64,000 bases of DNA from Candidatus Woesebacteria bacterium. Its GTDB lineage: Bacteria > Patescibacteriota > Microgenomatia > UBA8517. The DNA lies in assembly GCA_013374855.1 (NCBI GenBank), contig CP055308.1, forward strand, positions 597,310-661,309. Reading direction: 5' to 3'. Shown here one piece after another: positions 28,624 to 36,584 of this stretch (positions are counted from its first letter, which is position 1; the number at the start of each line of letters is the position of its first letter). The position numbers and the translations under genes were made by a program. Below the pieces are notes generated by a model. It had not been told where the DNA came from. It searched no databases and saw nothing but the letters and a program-made list of their open reading frames with translations.

Positions 28624-28869
28624 ATGTCCAAGAAAAAGCAAGGAGGAAAAGCTGCCCAGCATGTAAGTCCAGCAGGTAAGCGATTAGGTCTAAAAGTTGC
28701 TGATGGTTTGAAAGTAAAAGTTGGCGAAGTGCTTGTTCGTCAGAGAGGAACCAAGATCAAGGCTGGAGATGGTGTAAAAGTAGGTCGTGACCATACTTTA
28801 TTTGCTATTAAAGAAGGTGTGGTTAGGTTTAGAACAATTGATGGTAGAAAAGAGATATCTTTAGTATAG
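28624..28869 (+). CDS. rpmA: Ribosomal protein bL27
   Basis: MSKKKQGGKAAQHVSPAGKRLGLK…VRQRGTKIKAGDGVKVGRDHTLFA. There is no Prp-cleaved N-terminal extension. Confidence 0.85.
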   Translation: MSKKKQGGKAAQHVSPAGKRLGLKVADGLKVKVGEVLVRQRGTKIKAGDGVKVGRDHTLFAIKEGVVRFRTIDGRKEISLV

Positions 28870-28879
28870 GCTAGACACT

Positions 28880-29728
28880 ATGGCAGAAGAAGTTGTTCAG
28901 ATTGATGTAAATGAATTAAATCCAAATCCGCTACAGCCTCGTGGTGTAATAACCCCAGAAAGTCTTGTTGATCTTGTAGATTCTATAAAAGAACATGGAG
29001 TTCTTGAGCCTTTAGTGGTTGCTAAAACTCCTGCAGGTTATCAGATAATAGCAGGCGAGCGGCGTTGGCGAGCCTCGAAGCTAGCTGGTTTGACTCATGT
29101 TCCCTGTATTGTAAGAGAGACTACCCCCAGAGGGATGCTTGAGATGGCGTTGGTAGAAAATGTCCAAAGAGTTGATCTTAATCCGATAGACAGAGCAAAA
29201 GGTTTTGAAAGGTTAATGAACGAGTTCGGTTTAACAACTTCGGAAGTCGCAATAAGAGTAGGAAAATCTGTTTCTTATATCTCAAACAGCATGCGTCTCT
29301 TGAGTTTGCCGGATGCTTTAAAGGATGGTTTGCTTTCCGGTCTAATTACGGAAGGTCATGCGAGAGCTTTGGCAGGAATTGAGGATCCTGAACTTATGAT
29401 TGAAGCCTATAAGATAATTCTACGTGAGTCAGCTTCAGTTAGAAGAGCAGAAGAGCTTGCTCGTCGAATGAAACACAAGATAGGGCAGCCACCAAAAGTT
29501 TCTGATAAAACAAAATTAAGAATAGTTTCAGAAGAAATAGATAAAATGCAGGAAGAATTAACCAAAGCACTTAAGAAGCTTGAAAAAGAAGGTCAGGAAG
29601 ATACGACTGATGTTAAACTGATTCGTACTAGAAGAGAAACTAGAGTTACGTTTATATTTAAGGGTACATTAGAGGGAACTGAAGAAAGACTTCAGGCTTT
29701 GTATAAATCTTTAACTTCGAACGTCTAG
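28880..29728 (+). CDS. parB: ParB/Spo0J-like CTP-dependent DNA-binding partition protein (no adjacent parA)
   Basis: ParB N-domain with the GERRWRA box, and an HTH (SEVAIRVGKSVSYISNSMRLL). Confidence 0.8.
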   Translation: MAEEVVQIDVNELNPNPLQPRGVITPESLVDLVDSIKEHGVLEPLVVAKTPAGYQIIAGERRWRASKLAGLTHVPCIVRETTPRGMLEMALVENVQRVDLNPIDRAKGFERLMNEFGLTTSEVAIRVGKSVSYISNSMRLLSLPDALKDGLLSGLITEGHARALAGIEDPELMIEAYKIILRESASVRRAEELARRMKHKIGQPPKVSDKTKLRIVSEEIDKMQEELTKALKKLEKEGQEDTTDVKLIRTRRETRVTFIFKGTLEGTEERLQALYKSLTSNV

Positions 29729-29729
29729 C

Positions 29730-30293
29730 TTAGAAGTTGTAGTTTGGTTTAGGTACTATTCCTGCTTTTTGTGGTGGCCAGTAAACTAACCATGCTTTTC
29801 CTATGATGTTTTCTCTTGGTACAAACCCCCATGCTCTTGAGTCGGAAGAATAATTTCTGTTATCACCCATGACAAAAAAGTGGTTTTCTGGGACAACAAC
29901 CTCTTTGCCATTTGGCAAGAACAATCCTCCGCTTGTGTATAAAGTGGGTGAGAGATACTCTTCTTTGAGAAGCTTTCCGTTGATATAGACTTTGCCGTTG
30001 TCTATAGAAATTTTTTCTCCAGGTAGCCCTATTATTCTTTTAATATAATCATCTTCTTCATTTATAGGTGCTTTGAATACTATGACATCTCCTCTTTGCG
30101 GCTGGTTGAATCGGTAGGTAATTTTGTCGGTAAGTAAAAATTCTCCATCAGGATAATTTGGCTGCATGGAATCCCCTTTTATTTTGTGTGGTTGGAAAAG
30201 GAGAAGGTATATAAAAAGGAAGATGGAAATTGCAAAAACAACGCTTTGTATTACATCAAAAAAAAACTTACCTAATTTGCGAAAAACTTCCAT
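29730..30293 (-). CDS. lepB: Signal peptidase I
   Basis: GDSMQPNY (catalytic Ser box), KRIIGLPGEKI, GDNRNYSSDSR. Confidence 0.8.
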   Translation of the reverse strand: MEVFRKLGKFFFDVIQSVVFAISIFLFIYLLLFQPHKIKGDSMQPNYPDGEFLLTDKITYRFNQPQRGDVIVFKAPINEEDDYIKRIIGLPGEKISIDNGKVYINGKLLKEEYLSPTLYTSGGLFLPNGKEVVVPENHFFVMGDNRNYSSDSRAWGFVPRENIIGKAWLVYWPPQKAGIVPKPNYNF

Positions 30294-30308
30294 ATCAATT
30301 CATTATAT

Positions 30309-31391
30309 TTACCTTATATTTTCTACTTCAAGGGGTAAATTGTTTTCAATAGCAATTACATCATGATAGTTGCTTTCTCTATAACCCTGTGCAGTTATTT
30401 GAATAAATTGAGCATCTTTCCAAAGCTGTTCTATGTTTTTAGCACCAACATAAGAAAAGCCTGCTCTTAGTGATCTTTCCATTCTTATTATTGTTTTCTC
30501 CAGAGTTCCTTTGTAAGGTACCATGCTTTCTACTCCCTCTATGTGTTCTGTATAGTAAGTACCAGTTTTGATTTTTTTTATGTGTTTTTCTTTTTCAGTT
30601 TTTGAGGTGGATGCATTGTACATTTTATATAATTTTCCATCTTTTTTGATTAATTTTCCTTCAGACTCTTCGCATCCTGCGAGTTGACTTCCAATTATTA
30701 CAGCTGATGCACCTGCAGCCAATCCTTTTACTATATCGCCTGAATTTTTTGTTCCGCCATCGCAAAGTATTGTCCTTTTATATTTTCTTGCTGCTTTTGC
30801 TGTATCAAGTAGCGCTGTGATTTGCGGAACTCCAACACCTGTTTCTATTCTTGTTGTACATATTGTTCCAGGACCAACACCCACTCTTACTGAGTCTGCT
30901 CCTGCTTTGAAGAGATCAACTGCAGCCTCGTATGTGGCAACAACTCCGCTTACAACATCTACCTTTTTACCAAACTTCTGCTTGATCATTTTTGTAAATT
31001 TAATTGTTTTTTCCATAGCCCCGTGAGCTACATCTATAGTGATAATGTCTACTCCTGCTTCAACTAATATTCTTGTTCTTTCTTCTTCACCTTCTTTTAT
31101 TCCAACTGCGGCCCCAACTAGAACCCCTTCTTTTTTAACCTGTTTTACCATTTCAGCTTCTTCTTCAGGTGGAATAAATCGAGGCAAAAAACCCATTCCT
31201 CCAAGTTTTCCAAGAGCTACCGCCATCCTTACTCCAGTGACATCGCTCATATTCACGCTAATCAATGGAAGCTTCAGAGTTACTCTTGGGGTTATTTTGG
31301 TAGTAAGGTCTACTTCTTGTCTGCTGTTGATTTTTGAGTGTTGTGGAACAAGAAGAACATCGTCATAAGATAAGCCTAGTCTAATTTTCAT
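30309..31391 (-). CDS. guaB: IMP dehydrogenase/GMP reductase family protein lacking the CBS subdomain
   Basis: YDDVLLVPQ…catalytic loop GVGPGTICTTR. Only 360 aa, with no CBS pair insert. Confidence 0.75.
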   Translation of the reverse strand: MKIRLGLSYDDVLLVPQHSKINSRQEVDLTTKITPRVTLKLPLISVNMSDVTGVRMAVALGKLGGMGFLPRFIPPEEEAEMVKQVKKEGVLVGAAVGIKEGEEERTRILVEAGVDIITIDVAHGAMEKTIKFTKMIKQKFGKKVDVVSGVVATYEAAVDLFKAGADSVRVGVGPGTICTTRIETGVGVPQITALLDTAKAARKYKRTILCDGGTKNSGDIVKGLAAGASAVIIGSQLAGCEESEGKLIKKDGKLYKMYNASTSKTEKEKHIKKIKTGTYYTEHIEGVESMVPYKGTLEKTIIRMERSLRAGFSYVGAKNIEQLWKDAQFIQITAQGYRESNYHDVIAIENNLPLEVENIR

Positions 31392-31487
31392 TTTTGCACA
31401 AAATTTAATTTAAAACTTAATTTATCACTTGTCAATTCTAGAAATAGTTTGCTTTTAAATGGTAAAATAATCATTTAAGTAGTTATT

Positions 31488-31563
31488 GACCGCTTAGCTC
31501 AGTTGGCAGAGCGCATCGTTCACATCGATGAGGTCGTAGGTTCAAGTCCTACAGCGGTCACCA
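31488..31563 (+). tRNA. tRNA-Val (anticodon CAC), CCA encoded
   Basis: Cloverleaf: acceptor GACCGCT/AGCGGTC, D-arm GCTC…GAGC, anticodon stem CATCG/CGATG with loop TTCACAT, T-arm GTAGG TTCAAGT CCTAC, discriminator A, then CCA. Confidence 0.9.
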
Positions 31564-31592
31564 TGATCCGTCATTGTTGGAGATGTTGATTT

Positions 31593-32270
31593 ATGAAAAG
31601 AGACGCAAAGATTTTTTTTATTTTTTATTTTGTTTTTATTCTTCTTCTGATTTTTTCTGTTTTTTTCAATCTTCGGTTTGAACTTGCCTATTTTAATGGC
31701 TCGCTTGATAAGTTGTTTCTTTTAAACGGGATTCAACGTGTTGCGGGGGTTTTGGCTTTGTTTTTGCTTTTTGTGCAGACTATTGTTGGTGCTTATCGTG
31801 GCAAAATTTCACAGAAATTAGGCGGTTGGGTAATGAACTTCCATATTTGGCAGGGAAGGGTTATTTATTTTTTGGTTTTGGTACATACTTTTTCTTTTCT
31901 TCTCTTCAATTTCGCTGCACAGAAGGGATTTAATCCGTTTTATGTTTTTGTCGATTTTTGTCTTCTTTGCCCAACAAAAATGGAGCTTTATTATTCTTTT
32001 GGCAGGATTGGTTTTTGGCTTCTTAATTTGACAATTGCTGCTGCTCTTTTGAGGAGCAATTCTTGGTGGAGAAAGAACTGGCGTTATATTCATATCCTAA
32101 ATTACCCATTGTTTTTTCTGATTGCAGCTCATGCTTTCTTTGTCGGCTCTGATTTTTCTTTGGAATCTGGCTTTTTAGGTCAATTAAATATAACTTTTGC
32201 ATTTGTAATTTTTCTTATTGCCCTTCAAAAAATAATTTCTTGGTTTAGGGGAAGTTTTAGGTGGAGGTAG
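31593..32270 (+). CDS. Ferric-reductase-like transmembrane di-heme protein (MsrQ/FRD-domain-like)
   Basis: Six-helix membrane protein with two His pairs in adjacent helices: H-x13-H (FHIWQGRVIYFLVLVH) and H-x12-H (IHILNYPLFFLIAAH). This is the bis-heme ligand pattern of the ferric reductase/NOX transmembrane domain. Confidence 0.5.
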   Translation: MKRDAKIFFIFYFVFILLLIFSVFFNLRFELAYFNGSLDKLFLLNGIQRVAGVLALFLLFVQTIVGAYRGKISQKLGGWVMNFHIWQGRVIYFLVLVHTFSFLLFNFAAQKGFNPFYVFVDFCLLCPTKMELYYSFGRIGFWLLNLTIAAALLRSNSWWRKNWRYIHILNYPLFFLIAAHAFFVGSDFSLESGFLGQLNITFAFVIFLIALQKIISWFRGSFRWR

Positions 32271-32273
32271 TAT

Positions 32274-34331
32274 TTACTTTAGTGGATTTTCATTAAGATT
32301 TTCCTGATTGAACTCTATGGTTTTTGAAAGAGGCAGTCTTCCTTTAATTTTGTATTCTTTCCAAGAATAACGTCCGTCTTTTAGAAATTGACCTATAATT
32401 AGAGTGCTTTCCTTGTCCAATGGCAGAATGCCGATTTTATATTTGCCGGATTTTGGATTAATGTATGAGACTACATTGTTTTTATCTTTCTTTGGCTTGT
32501 TTTGTGGATCAATAGAAATAAAACTAGCGGGGTAGGTGATTATGACTAAGGCCGATTCTTCTTCACTTGTGTTTTGCATGTTTGTTGTTTTTGTTGCTTC
32601 TTCTGTTAGATTACCCTTGAGATAATTAACGATCGTATCTATTGCTTCCTGAGAAGAAATTAGTCCTCCATGATTTTGGTTTATTTCAAAATTTACTACG
32701 GCATTGGTTTCTATTTTTGAACTTTTATAAAGAACTGTTCCATCTCCCTCTGTTGAGAACTCTCTGCCTGATGGTTTTCCTTCTTCCCAAAGACCTTTAC
32801 TTTTTTCTTTTCTGGTAGGCTCTTTTACTTTTATAATGGAGAGGGTATCAAAACCAAAGCCTGAAAGTGTTGCAATTTGTGCGTTTGTGTTTGATAGCAA
32901 GTCGCTTCCAAGAAGCCAAGAATTTGTATTAACACCCCTTAATTGTTTGGTTTTTGAATCTCTTAAGAATTTGTATGTAGGTAAAAGATCTTGAAACGAG
33001 GGTATTGTTTGTCTTAAGGTTTCTAATCTGTTTGGGTATTTTAATTCACATCTTTTTAGAAGTAGAGTGGCTGCAATTTTGGTTATCAAGTGGTCATTCC
33101 AAATTTCTCCTCCGTACCAAGCGGGGTAAGCAAGCGCTGTGCCTTGGTGCGGTGATCCTGCAGATATGTATTTATCAACTCTGCTGTTTTGGCCTTTTTC
33201 TTCGAGGTAGGCTCTACCAACCAGTCCGCCCATGCTATGACCAACAAAATTAACTTTTTCTTCCTCTTGAAGACTGAGATTATTTATTGTTTTCTCTAAT
33301 TCTTCGGCGTGATGTGTGATTCTTTTTCTCCAATCATAATAAAAGGGAGCAACATCAAATCCATTTTGTGAAAGGCTGTTTATTATTGGTGAGTAGATTT
33401 CTTCTGCAAATGGAGCTAGCTCCCAATTTCCCAAGTAGTTTTCAAGTTTGCAGTTTAGTATTGCATCTGTGTTCCAACTCGCTCCCATTCCGGGTGCAAG
33501 AATTACTTTAGTGGTGGGTGGGGTGGGTGATGGTGTGGGGGTTGGGGTAGAAGAGGGAGCTGGGGTAGAATCTAGATTGTTTACTATTATGTTGTCAAAC
33601 CAAACATTGCTGCTGGCATTAGCCCCTGATCCTATTTCAGGTCCAGCTGGGCCGTACAGAAAAACCTGATCGTTACTATCTGTAGGGGTATCAACAGCAG
33701 ATATTAGCAATTGATTATTATTGTTTGTAAGGTCATATAGCTCAAATGTGTTATCCTTTGCCTTTATCTTGAAAGTGTATGTGTGGTTGGGTTGAAATGG
33801 GTAAGTTGCTTCTCCTAGGTTTTTTCCCTTGTTTTTATTGGTTTTTGTGTCGAAAAAGGCCTTGTCCATATATATTTTGTTTGAGTAGAAGTGTAGTTCA
33901 TACCATCTGTTTACATCGACATATCGGAAGGTAAAGTTTCTATCTTGGTTGACACTTTCCTTCATGTTTATATCGAAGGTTACACTGTAATTTTTGAGAT
34001 CTTCTGGCCAATTGGTAGGAAATGTTCGGATAAAAGTTAGAGTGCTGTGGGGAGTTGAGTGTATTTCGTAACGTTTGTTTTTAACTGTCCAGTATGGTTT
34101 TGTACCATCGCTATTGGTTACGTCGTTTATGGTGTAACAACCTACTGTCTCTTTGCACTCTGAGAATATTTGCATCCATCCTGGAGCGGGACTTGTATCC
34201 TCTGGGTAGTCAAAAGTTTCGTATTCTTCGAAAGGAGCTGAAGCTTTGGCGGAGGCAGTTTTTATTTGAAATAGGGAGGTAACTATTGTTAGTGTGATAA
34301 GGAGGTTTTTATATATATTTTTTTGAGGCAT
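32274..34331 (-). CDS. Secreted multidomain lipase/esterase (alpha/beta-hydrolase with GHSMGG nucleophile elbow) with N-terminal beta-rich domain and Pro/Thr linker
   Basis: The signal peptide is followed by a ~270-aa N-terminal domain, then the linker TPAPSSTPTPTPSPTPPTT. The lipase-class domain follows (VNFVGHSMGGLVGRAY). A C-terminal extension is also present. Confidence 0.6.
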   Translation of the reverse strand: MPQKNIYKNLLITLTIVTSLFQIKTASAKASAPFEEYETFDYPEDTSPAPGWMQIFSECKETVGCYTINDVTNSDGTKPYWTVKNKRYEIHSTPHSTLTFIRTFPTNWPEDLKNYSVTFDINMKESVNQDRNFTFRYVDVNRWYELHFYSNKIYMDKAFFDTKTNKNKGKNLGEATYPFQPNHTYTFKIKAKDNTFELYDLTNNNNQLLISAVDTPTDSNDQVFLYGPAGPEIGSGANASSNVWFDNIIVNNLDSTPAPSSTPTPTPSPTPPTTKVILAPGMGASWNTDAILNCKLENYLGNWELAPFAEEIYSPIINSLSQNGFDVAPFYYDWRKRITHHAEELEKTINNLSLQEEEKVNFVGHSMGGLVGRAYLEEKGQNSRVDKYISAGSPHQGTALAYPAWYGGEIWNDHLITKIAATLLLKRCELKYPNRLETLRQTIPSFQDLLPTYKFLRDSKTKQLRGVNTNSWLLGSDLLSNTNAQIATLSGFGFDTLSIIKVKEPTRKEKSKGLWEEGKPSGREFSTEGDGTVLYKSSKIETNAVVNFEINQNHGGLISSQEAIDTIVNYLKGNLTEEATKTTNMQNTSEEESALVIITYPASFISIDPQNKPKKDKNNVVSYINPKSGKYKIGILPLDKESTLIIGQFLKDGRYSWKEYKIKGRLPLSKTIEFNQENLNENPLK
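33508..33575 (-). repeat. Low-complexity coding repeat (Pro/Thr linker; GGTG/GGGT-rich on + strand)
   Basis: GGTGGGTGGGGTGGGTGATGGTGTGGGGGTTGGGGTAG on the + strand. This encodes (T/S)P repeats within the lipase gene. Confidence 0.5.
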
Positions 34332-34433
34332 TAGTTATTATTTTAATTATAGTTCCTTTAGGCTGTCAATAGTTGTTGATGTTTTGTCCTAACGTATAAT
34401 TTGTTGTATGGCTATAATTGTAATAAGTGGGGA

Positions 34434-34718
34434 TTAAGGTAGTATACCCCTTTTTTCCAACTCCTCTCTTCTATTGAAAGCCTCGGTTATTGCTAGAATA
34501 GCTTCTCCTTGATTTTTAGCATGAACTCTAATAGCGACTGTATCTTGCATGTTTTTAATTTCGGTGGCTAAGTTTACAGCTTCTTGTCTACTCATCGGAC
34601 CTACTAATTGAATGCCACCTTCTTTGGCAAGATAGCCTACATAATCACCTTTTCCAGTTTCATTTTCCGCACCCATGTTACTTATTATAGGGTATTGATT
34701 AATTTTTTGCAATAGCAT
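34434..34718 (-). CDS. Hypothetical small protein (possibly starting at internal Met, MGAENE…)
   Basis: 94-aa ORF immediately upstream of, and on the same strand as, the lipase gene. No recognisable family. Confidence 0.25.
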   Translation of the reverse strand: MLLQKINQYPIISNMGAENETGKGDYVGYLAKEGGIQLVGPMSRQEAVNLATEIKNMQDTVAIRVHAKNQGEAILAITEAFNRREELEKRGILP

Positions 34719-34872
34719 CGAAGGTTAGGGACCAAAAAGGTAGGGTATTGTATAATTGTGTTATCAAAAGATAGAGTCAAAAGAAATAGTGTTGCTGGTA
34801 TTTTTGGGTTTGTAGTTAAAAAGGAAGTTTTGGTGGTCTTGGAGTGGAAAATTTTAAAAATTTGATAAGGGG

Positions 34873-35172
34873 GTGATTGGTATAAAGAGAAGCAAAAAAA
34901 TTACAGAAGAAGAAAAAGAAAGGTTTCGCTTGGGTGTATTTGCTGTTTTAGCGTTGAAGTTTTTTGAAGAGACTGAACCAGAAGCAGCCAAGAAATTACC
35001 ACCAGAGAAAAGATTGGAAAGGAAGATGTTTCTTTTGTCGCTTGCGATTGATGAGAACAAGGAATTTACAGAAGAGGAGAAGAGGGGTGTTAAAGAAATT
35101 CTTTATAGGCATTGTGTTTTAGGAGAGAAAATTCCTCTTCCAAAATTGACAGGGGGTATGGAAGGAAATTAG
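34873..35172 (+). CDS. Hypothetical small charged protein
   Basis: 99-aa ORF rich in Lys/Glu. The GGGGGTGA region lies upstream. No recognisable family. Confidence 0.25.
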   Translation: MIGIKRSKKITEEEKERFRLGVFAVLALKFFEETEPEAAKKLPPEKRLERKMFLLSLAIDENKEFTEEEKRGVKEILYRHCVLGEKIPLPKLTGGMEGN

Positions 35173-35394
35173 AATTACAATCTGTTGTTGAAATCATTAT
35201 GGCAACTGAAGATGTGTGTTGGATAGCACTTCTTGAGACTTTAACAGGGTCTATTACTCCAAACTCAAACATATCTCCAAACCTTTTTCTTACAACTCAA
35301 AGCCAAAGTTTGGATTTTTGGATTTTAGAATTTTATTAACAATATATCCATTGTCTTCACCTGTGTTTTTGGCAAGCCAAGGGGAGTTTTTATG

Positions 35395-35442
35395 GGGGCT
35401 TGGGTTTTAGGAGATTTTTAAGAGAGAAAATTTCTGCCCCCT
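35395..35442 (+). other. GC-clamped imperfect hairpin in non-coding DNA (GGGGGC…GCCCCC with inner GAGATTTT/AAAATTTC helix)
   Basis: The outer stem is six G:C pairs, at 35395-35400 and 35437-35442. The inner helix is 35412-35419 with 35428-35435. No T-tract follows it. Confidence 0.25.
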
Positions 35443-35587
35443 AAAGTGTCTGAATGAGGAAGTAAGAATTGAATGAAGTATTTTCAATCTTCAATCAGAA
35501 TCCGAGGTGGTTTGATTGGTGTCGAAAGTTGGTTGAGAAAAGGCGTTTTTGTTGTTTGTTTTTTAACAGAGTGGTAGGATAGGGGGG

Positions 35588-36568
35588 ATGAAGGTTTCTG
35601 TTTGTATTACGGTTTTTAATGAGGAAAAAACAATAGGCAAACTTCTTAAGGCACTTTCTTTTCAAACAAGAAAGCCTGATGAGATAGTTATTGTTGATGG
35701 GGGGTCAACTGATAACACGGTTGATATAATCAAAAGTTTTCAGGAAAAGTGTCCTTACATTCGACTTTTGGTTGAAGAAAGCAATATTCCCAGAGGGAGA
35801 AATTTGGCTATTTCATTATCAAAAAGCGAAATTATTGCCACAACCGATGGTGGATGTATTCCTTATCTTGATTGGCTTGAAAAACTGGTATATTTTTTTA
35901 GGTACAAAGAGATAGATATTGTAGCTGGTTTTTATGATATGCCAGCCAAATCTCCTCTTACCAAGACAATCTCTTGTTTTTTGGGTGTACCGGAGGAAAG
36001 ATTTGATCCTGTTTCTTTTTTGCCTTCAACAAGAAGTGTTGCCTTCAAGAAAGAAGTCTGGCAAAGTTTGGGTGGATTTGATGAGAAGATTGGAAATACG
36101 GGTGAGGACACCTTGTTTTTTGCCAAAGCACTTACAAGAGGATTCAAAATTGTAAGGGCCAAAGATGCCAGAGTGGTGTGGCAGGAAATATCAGACATTG
36201 GTATTAAAAGTTTTTTTAAGAGAGTGGCAAATTACGCAAAGGGTGATTTAAGAAGTGGAATTTGGATACACCCTGTTAAAGGACTAATGTCGCACAATAT
36301 AAAGAATTTGACAATTTTTTTGCGCTATTTTGTTTTTATTTTTGCTCTTTATCTTATGGTTTTGGCTAAAAATTTTTATCTTTTTTGGATTTTGCTTTTT
36401 TTATATTTTTTCTGGTCTATTTGGAAATGGAGAGATGTTGTTTTTGGAAAAGATAGGATTTATCTACCTCCAGTCCAAGTTGTCTCAGATTTTGCTGTAA
36501 TGGCTGGTTTTTTATTGGCTTTGCTGGAAGAACCTTTGAGAATATTAAAATTAAGGAGACTTAATTAA
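35588..36568 (+). CDS. Glycosyltransferase family 2 with C-terminal transmembrane region
   Basis: VSVCITVFNEEKTIGKLL…IVIVDGGSTDNT…GEDTLFFAKA. The C-terminal ~90 aa are hydrophobic. Confidence 0.7.
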   Translation: MKVSVCITVFNEEKTIGKLLKALSFQTRKPDEIVIVDGGSTDNTVDIIKSFQEKCPYIRLLVEESNIPRGRNLAISLSKSEIIATTDGGCIPYLDWLEKLVYFFRYKEIDIVAGFYDMPAKSPLTKTISCFLGVPEERFDPVSFLPSTRSVAFKKEVWQSLGGFDEKIGNTGEDTLFFAKALTRGFKIVRAKDARVVWQEISDIGIKSFFKRVANYAKGDLRSGIWIHPVKGLMSHNIKNLTIFLRYFVFIFALYLMVLAKNFYLFWILLFLYFFWSIWKWRDVVFGKDRIYLPPVQVVSDFAVMAGFLLALLEEPLRILKLRRLN

Positions 36569-36584
36569 TGTTAAAATATAGCCT

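Noticed and set aside
33508-33575. GGTG/GGGT tandem micro-repeat considered as a possible non-coding tandem repeat or G-quadruplex element.
   Set aside because: It lies in frame inside the lipase gene and encodes the (T/S)P linker. The coding explanation is sufficient, although G4 formation on the + strand is not excluded.
35112-35339. 75-aa ORF (MCFRRENSSSKIDRG…) in the gene-poor region.
   Set aside because: No RBS or promoter context. Low-complexity, unconserved-looking sequence. It overlaps the end of the 34873 ORF. It is more likely non-coding.
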